DNA of 64,000 nucleotides from Raillietiella orientalis (Eukaryota): contig JAYWIR010000014.1 of assembly GCA_036172245.1 (NCBI GenBank), forward strand, positions 3,844,001-3,908,000, written 5' to 3'. Within the stretch, counting starts at the first letter, position 1. Each line of letters starts with the position of its first letter. Shown in pieces: positions 49,022 through 61,137 of the stretch. The notes beneath the pieces are model-generated. The model saw only the letters and a list, made by a program, of their open reading frames with translations, ran no database searches and was not told the origin of the DNA. The position numbers were made by a program, and so were the translations under genes.

Positions 49022-52000
49022 ATTAAATTCCAATGCCGTCTAGTCAACGGGAGCACCCGGTTTCCAGTTTCGCCAGTGCCGCACCTGAAGCCTGTAGGTC
49101 CATCAGCGTCATCATCCTGCGATGCAGTAGCCTGTCATCCTGCGAGCAGGACTCGAAACCCATGACTCACCCATTTCCTATCCTTTACGGGTACTCGAAC
49201 CCGCAAACGCTTGGTACCACGCCACAGCAACACAGTCTCCAACTCAGGCAAAAATGATGTGGGTGATAAACGAAAAAAAAATCACAAGTGCATTAGTGAG
49301 AACTGTTTGACTTTGATGATCCTCCATCTAAGCGAATCCTGTTTTCAGCCTAGCTGCAGAGCTGAATCCATCGTTTACGTTTCAATGGTTTTCAAAAATT
49401 TGTTCTAGGAAAGAAAAAAAAAAAAAAAAGAGGCTGAAAATTGTATCAGTTGCAAGGAACAAAAAAAAGGAAGGCTATTTTATAGTATTCTGAAGACTGG
49501 AAAATTTTTGCCAACATGCAGTTTTTCCTTGAAAACATCTGTTTCAAGACAGACCCCTATGAACTGGTTGTAGAACAATGGGGCTTCTGTCAAAAATAGA
49601 CATTTCGGTGTTGCAATGCTGCGATTTAGCGAACTTTCGCAGACACCACTGCGTAGGTTTCTGACTCTCGGAAAAGTCGTTGCTTCCTATGAATAGTCAA
49701 TAACTCTCTGATGCATGTAATCAAAATATGAGTTGATGAATTCGGTTTCGAATTTGGATGTAAATGTGAATGAGCTTAGGAAATAAGCTTCTGAAATATC
49801 AAGTTTGTGCAGAACTGCATTAAAAACACAAAAAAATACTGACATCTTGGCTCATGAACTTCACGTCTCCCCAATTTTCTATTCAAAGGCTCAGATTATG
49901 AGGTATCAAAATCGAATAAGGACCGGTTTTTGAATTTTTAAAAATCTTGCGGCTTTTTGTTCCCTATCACAAGCATCAAACTGCTGAAAATATTCGTGTG
50001 CACTAAAACTGATTTAGTTAGTCTGGACGCTGCTCTAGAAACAAAGATGTAAACTGCTGGTTTCGGAAAAACATCACTCTTAATTCGCTTTAAAGTTTTC
50101 TAAAATCTTTCGAAATAAGTATCGTGAATCGAATCGAAACAAAATAAGGATTTTGGACTGGAAAGAAACAAGCTATCCCCCTCATTAATCTTACAAAGAA
50201 TGAGGAGTTAATTGAATACAATAAACAAATTTGAGAGAAAGAAATTGGCAATATACATTTTACTCTAAAACAAAATAGCAGAAAAGTAGCAGTCCCATTC
50301 TAACAGGCATTCCTTCTATTTCCATATCTGCTTAATCGCAAGTAAAGTTGATGATTGCACTTGTTCCAAAAGTCCATGCAATAATTTCCCGTGTTTCTAA
50401 TTTCCGATTACGTTGGTGGCATTTTCTCGCAATTTCAAGAATGTAAGAGTTCTGCGTCCTTACATCATTTTCAGTTGGCACCTCTGGTTCCCTCCCCCCC
50501 CCCCCTCCGTTCGCGTTTGACTCCACAACTGCTACGGTTGCAAGGCGCCGATTTCTGGCAACCCCAAGAGTCCGCATTTGAATTCCCCCCTCCCCCTCCC
50601 CCCCATTCTCCAGCCAAAGGACTGTCGCCTGCTTCTCGCATGCTGTTCTTCATTTTCTCTAACTCCATTACGAAGACGCGCAAACCGGAGCTGATGCAAA
50701 AAAGGGAAAAGATTGGAAGAGAACCGTCCGTTTTAACCTAGCATCACGTCACCATGCGACACTTGAGAGTGTCTCATAACTCTTCCCCAATGTTCCATCA
50801 GCTCAGTGTTGCATTAGCCGAAATCACGAAACCTTCCGTATAGGTAGGTCACGCTTCGCCACATCTGTCGGATTTACAAACCATCTCTGCTTGTTGCTGT
50901 GCATCTGTGAATAATTCTCAATGGTTCTCATCATGTGATCATGGGAAGCATCAAAACGGGAACATTAGTTCGTAGGTGGGCTTAGCTTGTGCGATAGGGT
51001 TAGGTAATCCTTGTCACGCCGGTTCTGAACATTCACAAAAGATCATCGCGATCATTATCCGCAACATGTTTCTCATACTGACCGTCGAAAAAAACTCTAG
51101 GTTTAGTAAAGAAAGTTGGATGGTCAAGTGGTCGATAGGTTTGGTCCAATTCATTTCTCAGGAAGCCCACTGGTACGCGTGATTCTCAGAGCAGGAAATG
51201 GGTCGTGGGATACCCTAAACTATTCAAACACGTTTTCGGTTACAGTTCTCGAAATTATGTTAGAGGATTGCTCCAGCATGGCCACTTGATTCCTGTCACT
51301 GTTCTTTCCGATAAAGAAACACTGCGTAGTAAGTATACCGTCAAGCATTAGGTTGGAGTTCCAGTCTACTTCTCCCATTCATTCCTGTTCTTTCTTGTTT
51401 TTCTAGTCCCTTTCTTGATTTTTGGATGATGATCGCTAACTTGATATCCGAAAGGTTTAAGGACTAATCTTCCCTGATCAATGAAATGTCGCTCCACACG
51501 CAAGCATCTATCACTCTCTGGAGGAACAGCCTTCGTCTCTGCTACGAGGTAAAGATTAGGAATGCCTGGCACGATAGAACCTCTTTGGATTACCTATTTT
51601 TTTTTTTTTTTTTTGTAAGCTTGGAACAGTTTGTCTTACGAATACGTTGAATTTAAGAAAATGTCCGTAAAACACGTACGAACACGTTCTTTTGGACGGA
51701 TGTAAAATTTCACGCTAAATCGTTCATTTTGCTTCGCTGATTTATTACACAAAACACTTGTTCTCTACAGTTGCCATTTTGAGAGTAACACAACGACTCA
51801 GAAGGGATGACACGCGAGTCGTGCATTCGCTGTTGTTGCTAAATCATAACACTGGCAACACTTCTTCCTCACTTTGCTTCGAATATTCTGACAAGTTGCA
51901 GCACCGGCTCACAAGAGGCATTCTTCCCGTTCATCTTTTCTAATTTTAACATGTGACACATGAAACTGAAATTGGATCATCGTATTTATACGTAATTACA

Positions 52001-55000
52001 GTACTCGTTTTCACGAGCTGGTAAGTTCATATATCAGTACGTTAAAATTGAATGCAAGTTCGTCCTGCCTTGAATGCTAAACCGTTTTTTTTTCTTTTTT
52101 TTTTTTTTATGCCCTGAAAAGCGATCGATTGTCCTGCTTCTTGCAATCTTGTATTATGCCATTAATCAACAGATAATTTGGATTACAAGCAAATATATAA
52201 GAGGGTTGGTTTCCGTTCACGCAGTACACTGTGCACCACCAGTATACTGAGTGAACGTAAGCCAACTTTCCTATCAAATTCTCAACAGTTTTTTTTTTTT
52301 TTAATCGTATAAAAGTTAGTCATTTGTGGCCATGAGGCGATCGCAACAGACAAACTCTTCTCTTTTTTGCAGATAATGCAGTCGGTGCACTCCAATTATC
52401 AGGAATGAGTCTTCACTGAGTTACTGCTGATTATGTACTTTACCTCCACGACCTCATGGACTCGGGCTGAATTCAGAAGCGCTAAGGCACCTTTTATCTA
52501 CCGAATCGTGAACAATCTCAATCGATGAAGATGATGGAGATTACACGGTGTCGGATGCACGTCGAGATAAAGGAATCGAAATCAGCTGAGCTCGCTCTTT
52601 TACATTTGTTCCAAGCAGGGCACATGTCATTCACAGACATCGAGACTGCCATTTTGCCCTATTTCGAAAGTCCGCTTTCCTAGCTACGTCCGAGACGGAT
52701 ACTTCCGGAATATTCTAAGCAGGCTGTGCTTGGCTGATGCACTCTCTTCCAACTGGCATGTAAAGCAAATTTTCTCTTCACTGATCCGAGGCGCGAGCTC
52801 GGCTTTCGAAGCTTTAAAGGAATCGTCAGGAAAATCATGTGGTACCCACCAGGAAGATCCTCACTTGCAATCCACTTTCCTTTTTTCGAGTTTCAGTTAT
52901 TCCTGCACTTTCAGCACTGAAGAACCCGAAAAGGGAGAATCAAGTGATAACGGCGAGTGATTAGGTTGTACGTCATTCTATATCTATATCTGTGTGATTG
53001 ACATAACGATTTGAAATGTAGAAATCCAAGATATGCAGCGAGCTATTGCTTGCGTTGCATGGAATTTACTTCCTGGAACACTGAGTGTCCATTGTTGTTT
53101 TCACTTAGAGAAACTCAAGAACTGGGTAATAGTACAGGGTAATAGAAATTGGGTAATAGAACAAAAAATAATCCACTGCCGTTAACTCGTAGGTCCAGAT
53201 TATGAAACTACCAAACTCTTGATGGCATCCTAGAAACCGATGAGTTCTAAGGAAAAGTTAAGAAATGTTCTACACAGATGATCACAATACATTTCAAATA
53301 GCATCCGTAATTTGAAGCAGAATGACCCATAGTATGGAGCATAAAGAGGCATAAGCAAATTGATCTAAAGCATAGGATTAATCCCCCCCCCAAAAAGAGT
53401 ATGCACGACCAATTGATTTCTCTTTGAATTAGAATGCTTCACCAAGTTCAGTAATGCTCCTGTTTTGAAATACCATAAAATTCGCCTCAGAATTTAGAAT
53501 TTAGAACAGGCGGCTAAGAAAGAAGTATTTTCTTAAGGAATTCCTAAGCTTCCAGTTTGCTCTCAGCTTGCAATAAGGAAGCTAAGCTGACTACAAAAGC
53601 AAGAACTTGAATGAATCACTACACAAGACGAGTGGTGCGATGTTTGGGAATTTGTTTATACAGAATGCTTCACGTAGTGCTTACAGTTTTTCAAAATCGT
53701 TCAAAAAACAAAAAATTAGAACTTGTTAATGGAGCTTTTGGAGGAGGAGGAGGGGGGGGTGGACAATCCTGCTGGATGGCGGCAGTTGTGTCGCTTTCTT
53801 TTGCCACAGTCCACCTTTGCAGTGAAAGACCGCGTCGAGACCTTATCGTGCCATCTCAAACGAAGGCCAATTCACACTCATTTCTATCACAGTCGTGCTT
53901 CTTTCATCACCTCGTCGCGAGGGAATGGTCACATCCAACGAAAATTTTCCACAATTTCGTCGGAGGAAAGCAAAAGCAAAGATGGGTGATCCGACAGGAG
54001 CAAGGTTCCCTTTTGCTGGCCACACGAGTCGGGTTTATAAGTTGAGAGAGCTTTCGATTTTGGAAAACCGCTCCAACTAAAGTGTGGTTGATACCTGGGA
54101 TGCACACATCGGTGGTTTATTGAGACTATTATTTTATTTTAATTCTTAAAGCTGAAGCGTTTTCTACGATGTGTAGGGTGCCACATCAAAGCATGTCATG
54201 TCATGGCAGCGAAATATGGATGAATTACGTGACATCGGTCAGAAAAATAAGATAACTGCATTCAACAGGCTTCGTTGGCGAAATAAAAGTTCCATAAAAA
54301 AATTGCTTCATTTCGTTTTATTTGATCCCCCCCCCCCAAAAAAAAAAAAAAAACGAAAAAAAAATCCAAAACGCTTGAAAACGATAGTACTATGCTCAAA
54401 TTTTCAAATGTTTTACTGCATTATGTGTACAGAACAGCCATAGAGAAGCACAGACGTTTACTGAGACGTACATTTCAGGTTCGATTCGAACTGAGGTAAG
54501 CACAGCTTCCATTTCGGCAAAGGGAAATGGATGAAAAAAAGAGATAAATAATAATACGGTGGACCCGATTCGCCAAGCAAACTCCGAATTGGCTCTGGAG
54601 ATGTGACGGTGAAATGTTTTCACGAAGCATGTGTACACGAACGGCACATCCTGGATTCACGTACAACAAGTATCCAAGCTCGTAGCTCGGTTTCCATGTT
54701 GAAGAATGCCAAGGTGAAAACCCATGGAGGCTCATTCTGCATTTTCTCGTTTCCCCCCGTGAAAGAAATGCACCGGCGCATTACATAATTAATGTAAAAG
54801 CGGCGAGGCTTTCCCGAGGATGCTCTGCCTCGAGAAAAGCCTGCAAAAATCGTACGGCACCGTACGGCTCGCTTATCCAGAGTTCCTCCACGGGGGTTCC
54901 GTGCCATCGCCGCCCCACAATCGCAACCCGGAAAATAGGGTGGTCAACATTCATATGTTACGTGTATTTTTAGTTCTTAGCGCAACCGTAGGCGGGGATG

Positions 55001-55024
55001 CGAGGGAGCGAGAGAGATCCGAGA

Positions 55025-55047
55025 TGCTGCTGCTGCTGCTGCTGCTG
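55025..55047. repeat. (TGC)7 trinucleotide repeat
   Basis: Seven TGC units plus TG. Confidence 0.9.
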
Positions 55048-58000
55048 TGATTCGGGGTGTTCCGTGTGCTATGGTGGTGACACAACGGCTGTCAACTCGT
55101 TAGTAGGAGTACAGAATAATTCAGTCACACCGCCCGTGGTGGTGCTGTTAACGAGGTGTAATCGATTTTGTTAATACATAGAACCGTTTTTTTTTCCGTT
55201 TTGTTTTGTTTTGTTTCTCTCTCCCTCCCCCGAAAAATTTGAAATGCTTAATGAAAATGCAATCGGTCGCTACTAATGCCTTGTGTTCTTAAATTAAAAA
55301 CGGTCCGAAGTTTTCGTTTCTCTGTGTTGTTTTTTCATTGAAAAAAAAAAAAAAAAAACAAAATGCCCGAGCGAGTTTCTTGTAACATTTTTGCATGCCC
55401 TTACATTCTCCAGAGATAAGCGGTATGCATATTAGAATTTTTTGGATGGCAGCAGTTTTGTTGTTGTACGAAAGAAACATATAATTACATTAACAATGAA
55501 CAATGATACCTTTTTAAATAAACAACTTTCTGGCATTTTGTCTACTGAAGATTACAACCCAGTGAAGGTATTTAAAATTATCTGCTTCATTTGTGGTTTC
55601 TTACATAATCTTAAGAATGTTTTGTGTTTTTTTTGCAAATAATATCAACCCACAATTCTTTAACAATTGTGATTAATTAGAGAGCAAAAGCAAATGACAA
55701 ATGGTAAAAAGATAACTGTAATGAGCTTGCTGTTGTGCTTTAAAATGAGAGCCCATTTGCATTATTGATCCTGCATTTTGGTTTCAATTCAGCCAAATTT
55801 ATGTTTCTTAATGTATATTTGAATGTTTATTCGTACCTATATATCGATTTACGTTTTATGGACTACGATTTTCCCCAACAAGCATCCGTAGTTATTCCAC
55901 AGGCGCAAAAGTTTTGGAACTCGAATGCATTTAAATCCAGAAGTGCCTTGGAAAAATATTAATTTGTACGCCAAAAACATGCATGGTTAAGATGAAAAGT
56001 GTCGCACTAGAATCTTTTGAAAATCATCCAATTATTGTTGCTTATTGGAATCGTGATTTTTCTATCTTCAGACACTGTTTAGCAGTGATTCCATGTTCAA
56101 ATCAAGTCAATTGCAGAGATTTAGCCTGTGTCAAAAGTTGGTGCAGAATCTGCATTCCTTTGAATTAGATTCATCTTTATCCCTTTAAATAAGCATCATG
56201 CAGCAATAATTGTAGATCAGTGCAAGTGAGAGAACATGCTTACCTTTGAATCCTACACCAGAAGTAGCAGCTGCTGCTTCTGCTGTAGTTCTGCTACACA
56301 ATTCTGCCCCTCATAAATTCAAAGATACAAACACACATCCCTTTCTGTGTTATGTACATTATATCTGCTATGTTTTCTTGTTATTAAGCAGAGATATCCA
56401 AAAATGAAATTGCTTGAAGAGAATTCATTACTACTGCTCTTCTGAATTTTTTGTTGGGATTAAAAGTAACTTTTGCTTTAGTAACATTTGATGAAATCAG
56501 ATTTGAAAAGTGATGGCATTATATTGAAGAATATTTTTTAATTGTGTTTTTTTTACTTTAGACCCATTTGGTGTATAAAGTTCATTGCAGCTTTATTTTC
56601 ATTTTTCTTCATTTCTACCTTTTCTCTTTTTCTTGAAGCTGTGAATTGTATTCAGGAATGTCTGCATTGTTATCTCTTACCAGAAATTGGAAGTGTTTAT
56701 TTCTGCTGCTTAAGATACATAGCATTGAAATTATTTTCTTGTTATTCTTTCATTGATTTGATTTTCATTTTTTTCCTTTCATATTTAATTTTTGACTACC
56801 ATTGTTATGCTGATAAGTTTCCATTCCGGTCATGCAGGCCTTATTATGAACACATTTGGACATGAATAATTGCATCAATTTTTCTTGATCTATGCAAAGT
56901 ATGAATTTGAATTCGTACAGATGTTCTTGAATTCCATTTGCCTTTCTCCTACCTCCCCAGCCCTCCCCTGTAAATTGAGGTTCTTGTTTGAAGACATTGC
57001 AGGAGTGTTTCAGCATAAACAATTGTTGTGTTGGATCCATTTATGCATTTCCTTTAAATAAAAGCAGTCTACTATCTTTTGTCTACAACTATTGTGTTGA
57101 CATGTTTTCCAACAAACTTTTCCCAAATAGAAAGGAAAGTCTCTTACCTTCATTGCTGCAAAGTAACTAAAATGTAATTCACACTTAGAAATGTATGATC
57201 ATGGTTTGTAAGTCTAATCTCAATTTTTTGAGCCTTTTCTTGAGCATTATCTTTTCTTATTTCTATATTTATATTCATGTTAGAATTTTGCTCAACGCTG
57301 TGGAAATAACAAAATGATGATGCATGGTTTAATAGAAGTAATGGCAGTTATCCATTGATGATGAGAAAATCTTGTAGTTGTGACGACCATGAATAGTTGT
57401 GACCGCTACAAGAATTCGTATTACAAAGATGACATTGCACATTTCTAATCAGACTCCGATATAAAAATTTGTTCGTTTTATGAATTTTGTTTTTCCTTTT
57501 TTTTTTTTTTTTTTTTCATACTAAAGTTTCCCCAGAGTCTGGAAATCAAGAGTGTTCATTGCAATGCAAAATCGCTAACACACACAGAAATCACTATTTT
57601 GAAAAGATTGTTTATGTGAATATCCACTTTCTCAGGGTTTTTCGTTCTGTACGTTTGCTGTCTGCTATTAGCTGTCCGTGTCCAGTTCGGCGTGCTTTCG
57701 TATTCAAACAACTTGATTTGTCTGAGGAATCCTCAGTGCGAGGAAAATGCATGGGGTGTCACATTGGAAGTGCTGAAAGTTCGTGCCGATTGGATTTTGT
57801 CAGTACTGTTGCATTTAGTGGCCCGTGCAGTCACCTACTATTAGTAGCACTGTTGATGCTTTTCCACCATCACCTTTGATTTTTGTTTTTTCCGAGTTTG
57901 ATTTGGAGGCGTTTACGGCATCAACGATGCTTTCCTTGATAAGTATGTGCAATGTGTTTCGCAAAATCTCATTCACATTAGGAAAAGGAAAGGTATGTCA

Positions 58001-60687
58001 TGAATTCAGCGTAATCCTGAATGGGCATGTGTGTACATTTCGTGAATGGGCACGTGTGTACGTTTGGTATCTGGCTCCAGGATTATAGATTTCTAGAGAA
58101 CTTTGTATTTACTTTGTATTTCAACCTATGGATGACGGCTGAATTCGTGGTGTCGCGGATTTAAATAAGTAATAGAACTCAACTGCACCATCGTGTTTTC
58201 CCGGTGTTGAAGATTCTAGTGCCGATGTTCGTATCCGGTTTACCATCGTGCTTTGTGGTTCACCACCTTAAGAACATGCGTTCGTAATTTGAATTCGTCA
58301 GGAAAAAAAAAAAAGTTCGTTTGGATAATATTTTTCTACTCTTCAACTCATGGTTAGATTTCGTTGGTTGGAAAAATTCTTGGATTTGATTTAATGCTAT
58401 TTTTTTTTTTTTTTTAGCGTCGGCGAACTTTATAAAGTGTAAGGGCAACTCATAAGCAATTGGGATGCTCTTATCTTTTTGCAATGTCCCCCATTTGCCT
58501 ACCCTGAAAGTTTACGTGGTTTGTCGTCTCGGTGTTCTCCGTGGACAAATGGTTCCCTCCGCATGCATATAAATTCCGGCATTAGGCTTTCCCAATGTCG
58601 TTCTTGCTTCCTGAAAACAGAAATAAAGTTTCCCGTGTTGTGGCACCCCTCGAGTGCTCCGGCCGTAATTCGGTGAACGTAGTCGTTGGCTGTTTCCTTT
58701 TCATTCATCTTACGGGTAAAAAAACTGCCTCCACGCAGATGAAAGATCAGAGGGTTCCCGAGGGCCCAGCGGGCATTTACCGTTCTCGCGGATGCCCCGA
58801 TGATCCAAATGTGTTGTACGATTCTGAACCTCCAGTGTGCTTATCTGCGGAGATTCAGGCAGCATCTTCAGATCAACATCAGCACACCACCACCGCCACA
58901 CGTTCCAAGTTCATCCGTTGGTCGTCTGTCATTGTGGGGGGGGGGGGGTCTGAATTTAAAATCAGCATCCGTGTGAAAATGATTAAGCAGCGCGACACTG
59001 TTCTCAATGAACTGGAAAGTTGTTTTAAAATAAACCATACTTACGTTTTTTTTCTATCAATGAAAAACAAAAAAACAAAAAACATGAAGTTGTAGCTTTT
59101 CATAAGTGTCTGTTCATAGGAAGGAAGATTGTAATTGGATTGTAATTTGGTCTCGTAGTTCTGTATAGGGAAACTGTAATGGAACCACGCCTATTTTTAT
59201 TTTTTTTTATAATTATTCATCATCAACTTAATGAGATGCTTTTGTGCATGAGTACTAGGTTCATTTAACATGCTACCTAAATGTGTGTTCTATCTAATTC
59301 GAATATGTACTCTGTAGTGTAGACCAATTTCAGAAGTTCTTTTAAATAGGTTTTTGCAGGTAATGAAAAGAGGCAAACTTGGAATTCTTACGCTTCAAAT
59401 TATTTATCAAATTTATCATGTTTGCTTGTTTTTTTTTTTTTTTTCAAAAAAAAAAAGAAACACAAACGTAAGCACAAAGAAAGACTTGAAAAAAGGTTGC
59501 TACATCGTAATTCTTGGTGAGAAATGAATTTGGAATGATTTTGGTAAATGGGGTCAATGTGTTCGAAGTATCCACATAGCCTGAAGTGTGCTTTTTGGTT
59601 TAATACACTTTCCTCCCCCTGTTCCAATCCTTAGTGAAAGTAAAAGCAACAGACAGACAAGTTTTAGGAAATGTTTTCCTCGTTTTCGTAGATCCATAAA
59701 TCCGCGAAAGTTTGCAAATGGGTGGTGCAATCTGCATCTCTTGTTTCAAGTCGGTAGAAGAAGAGTGGTGGTGGGCGTAAGGGTGGTGGGGGTACGCTGT
59801 TCAACTTGGGATCTCTCTAATCGAGCAGAGTGTTTCGTCAAGGAGTGGATTTCAGTCATTAACGTTCTATTTAACGTCTCACAAGTTCGCAGGCGTTGGA
59901 CCTTTTTTGATTTCCTGCTTTCGGTGTGGTTTATTTGATGGGCACACGACAGGAGGAGATCTGGACGGAATGGGTCTTATTTCGAAAAGCGAAGTCGTTT
60001 CCGGCTTTCATCTGTTCACCAGACTTATTTCGAAACTTCGTTTCAATTTCTGCATTGCAGGGTCGTTTGCCAAAAATGCTCGGTTTGCTTAAAAGAGACT
60101 CTTTCCAGCCAAGGATGTGTGTTCTTTTCGTCTCGTCCTTAGCATTCATTGGTGTCGCCCTTTGAAAGATTCTCTCTACAGGACGGTAATAATTACGTTG
60201 GTCAAAGCCAAGTTGGTCCTCGTAACCAGGTGTATGTCAATGTTCATCTCTCTAGTATGTGTGTCGTGTACCAATGCCTAGCTTTGGTATACTTTCGAAA
60301 TGTGGGCATTTATTGTGGATATTTCAGCATCGTTTACACTTTTGAAGAGGTTTTCAAGCATTCAGCTGCCTGAAAACAAAAATACACCTAATGCTTGGTT
60401 TGGTTATTACAACAAATTAGTAATTCATTCTGTAAAGAGTGGATATTTTGAAACTTGTTTTCGTTTTGTGCCATCCCAGAATCCCCCCCCCCCCGGGAGA
60501 GCACTCTCAAGACACTGAACGTATCCATTTGAATCGAATCGTGCCGTTCCCGGTTGTTTTTACTTGTAAAAAAAATTCATTCAGAGCCATCCCCATTGAA
60601 TTTCGTCCGATCTTTGCTGCATGTGCGCCTGGCTCGCCCGTTCAAACGTGGGCACCTGAAAGACATTTTAACCTTTTACGTGTGCAC

Positions 60688-60836
60688 CTTCTTGAAGGTG
60701 TAGGACGGCGACGCGTTCGTAGTACAATGGACTCCCATATGTGACGAACAAATTCTGCCCTCCTCCTCGTACACCTCGTACACAACGCTGTGGATAAATT
60801 CCAATTCCGTGATGGATGTGTAATGTCCGTTCAGCT
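60688..60836 (-). other. Candidate isolated 149-nt exon of unknown gene
   Basis: Strong acceptor TTTTACTTTATTTTTTTCACAG, donor AAG|GTGCAC and two open frames (e.g. ELNGHYTSITELEFIHSVVYEVYEEEG...). No partner exons found. Confidence 0.2.
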
Positions 60837-61095
60837 CTGTGAAAAAAATAAAGTAAAAAAATGACAAACACACGATCTAAGGTGGCTGAAAATTTTTCTA
60901 TGGGATTTCTATTTAAAATATCGTTTCTTTTTTAGTTTTCAGGATTGCTTAATTTGAATACACATCAACGGAACTATAGACGCTTTGTTTTTAACTTTCA
61001 AGTTCAACGATAAATTATTTTTCCTTTTAAGCCAAACAAATATCACAGTGATATGAAGGTTCGCCGTATTTTTTGTAAATGCTATATTATTCATG

Positions 61096-61137
61096 TACAA
61101 ACCATAGGGCCCGTATAACGCGGATTCGTGTAACGCG
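61096..61137 (+). mobile_element. Possible decayed pogo/Tigger-like MITE end
   Basis: TACA..GGGCCCGTATAACGCGGATTCGTGTAACGCG resembles recalled pogo-type termini with repeated TAACGCG; opposite end not found. Confidence 0.2.

Noticed and set aside
53124..53159. Three GGGTAATAG repeats with short spacers
   Set aside because: Spacers of 4-5 nt in a eukaryotic context; local slippage, not CRISPR.
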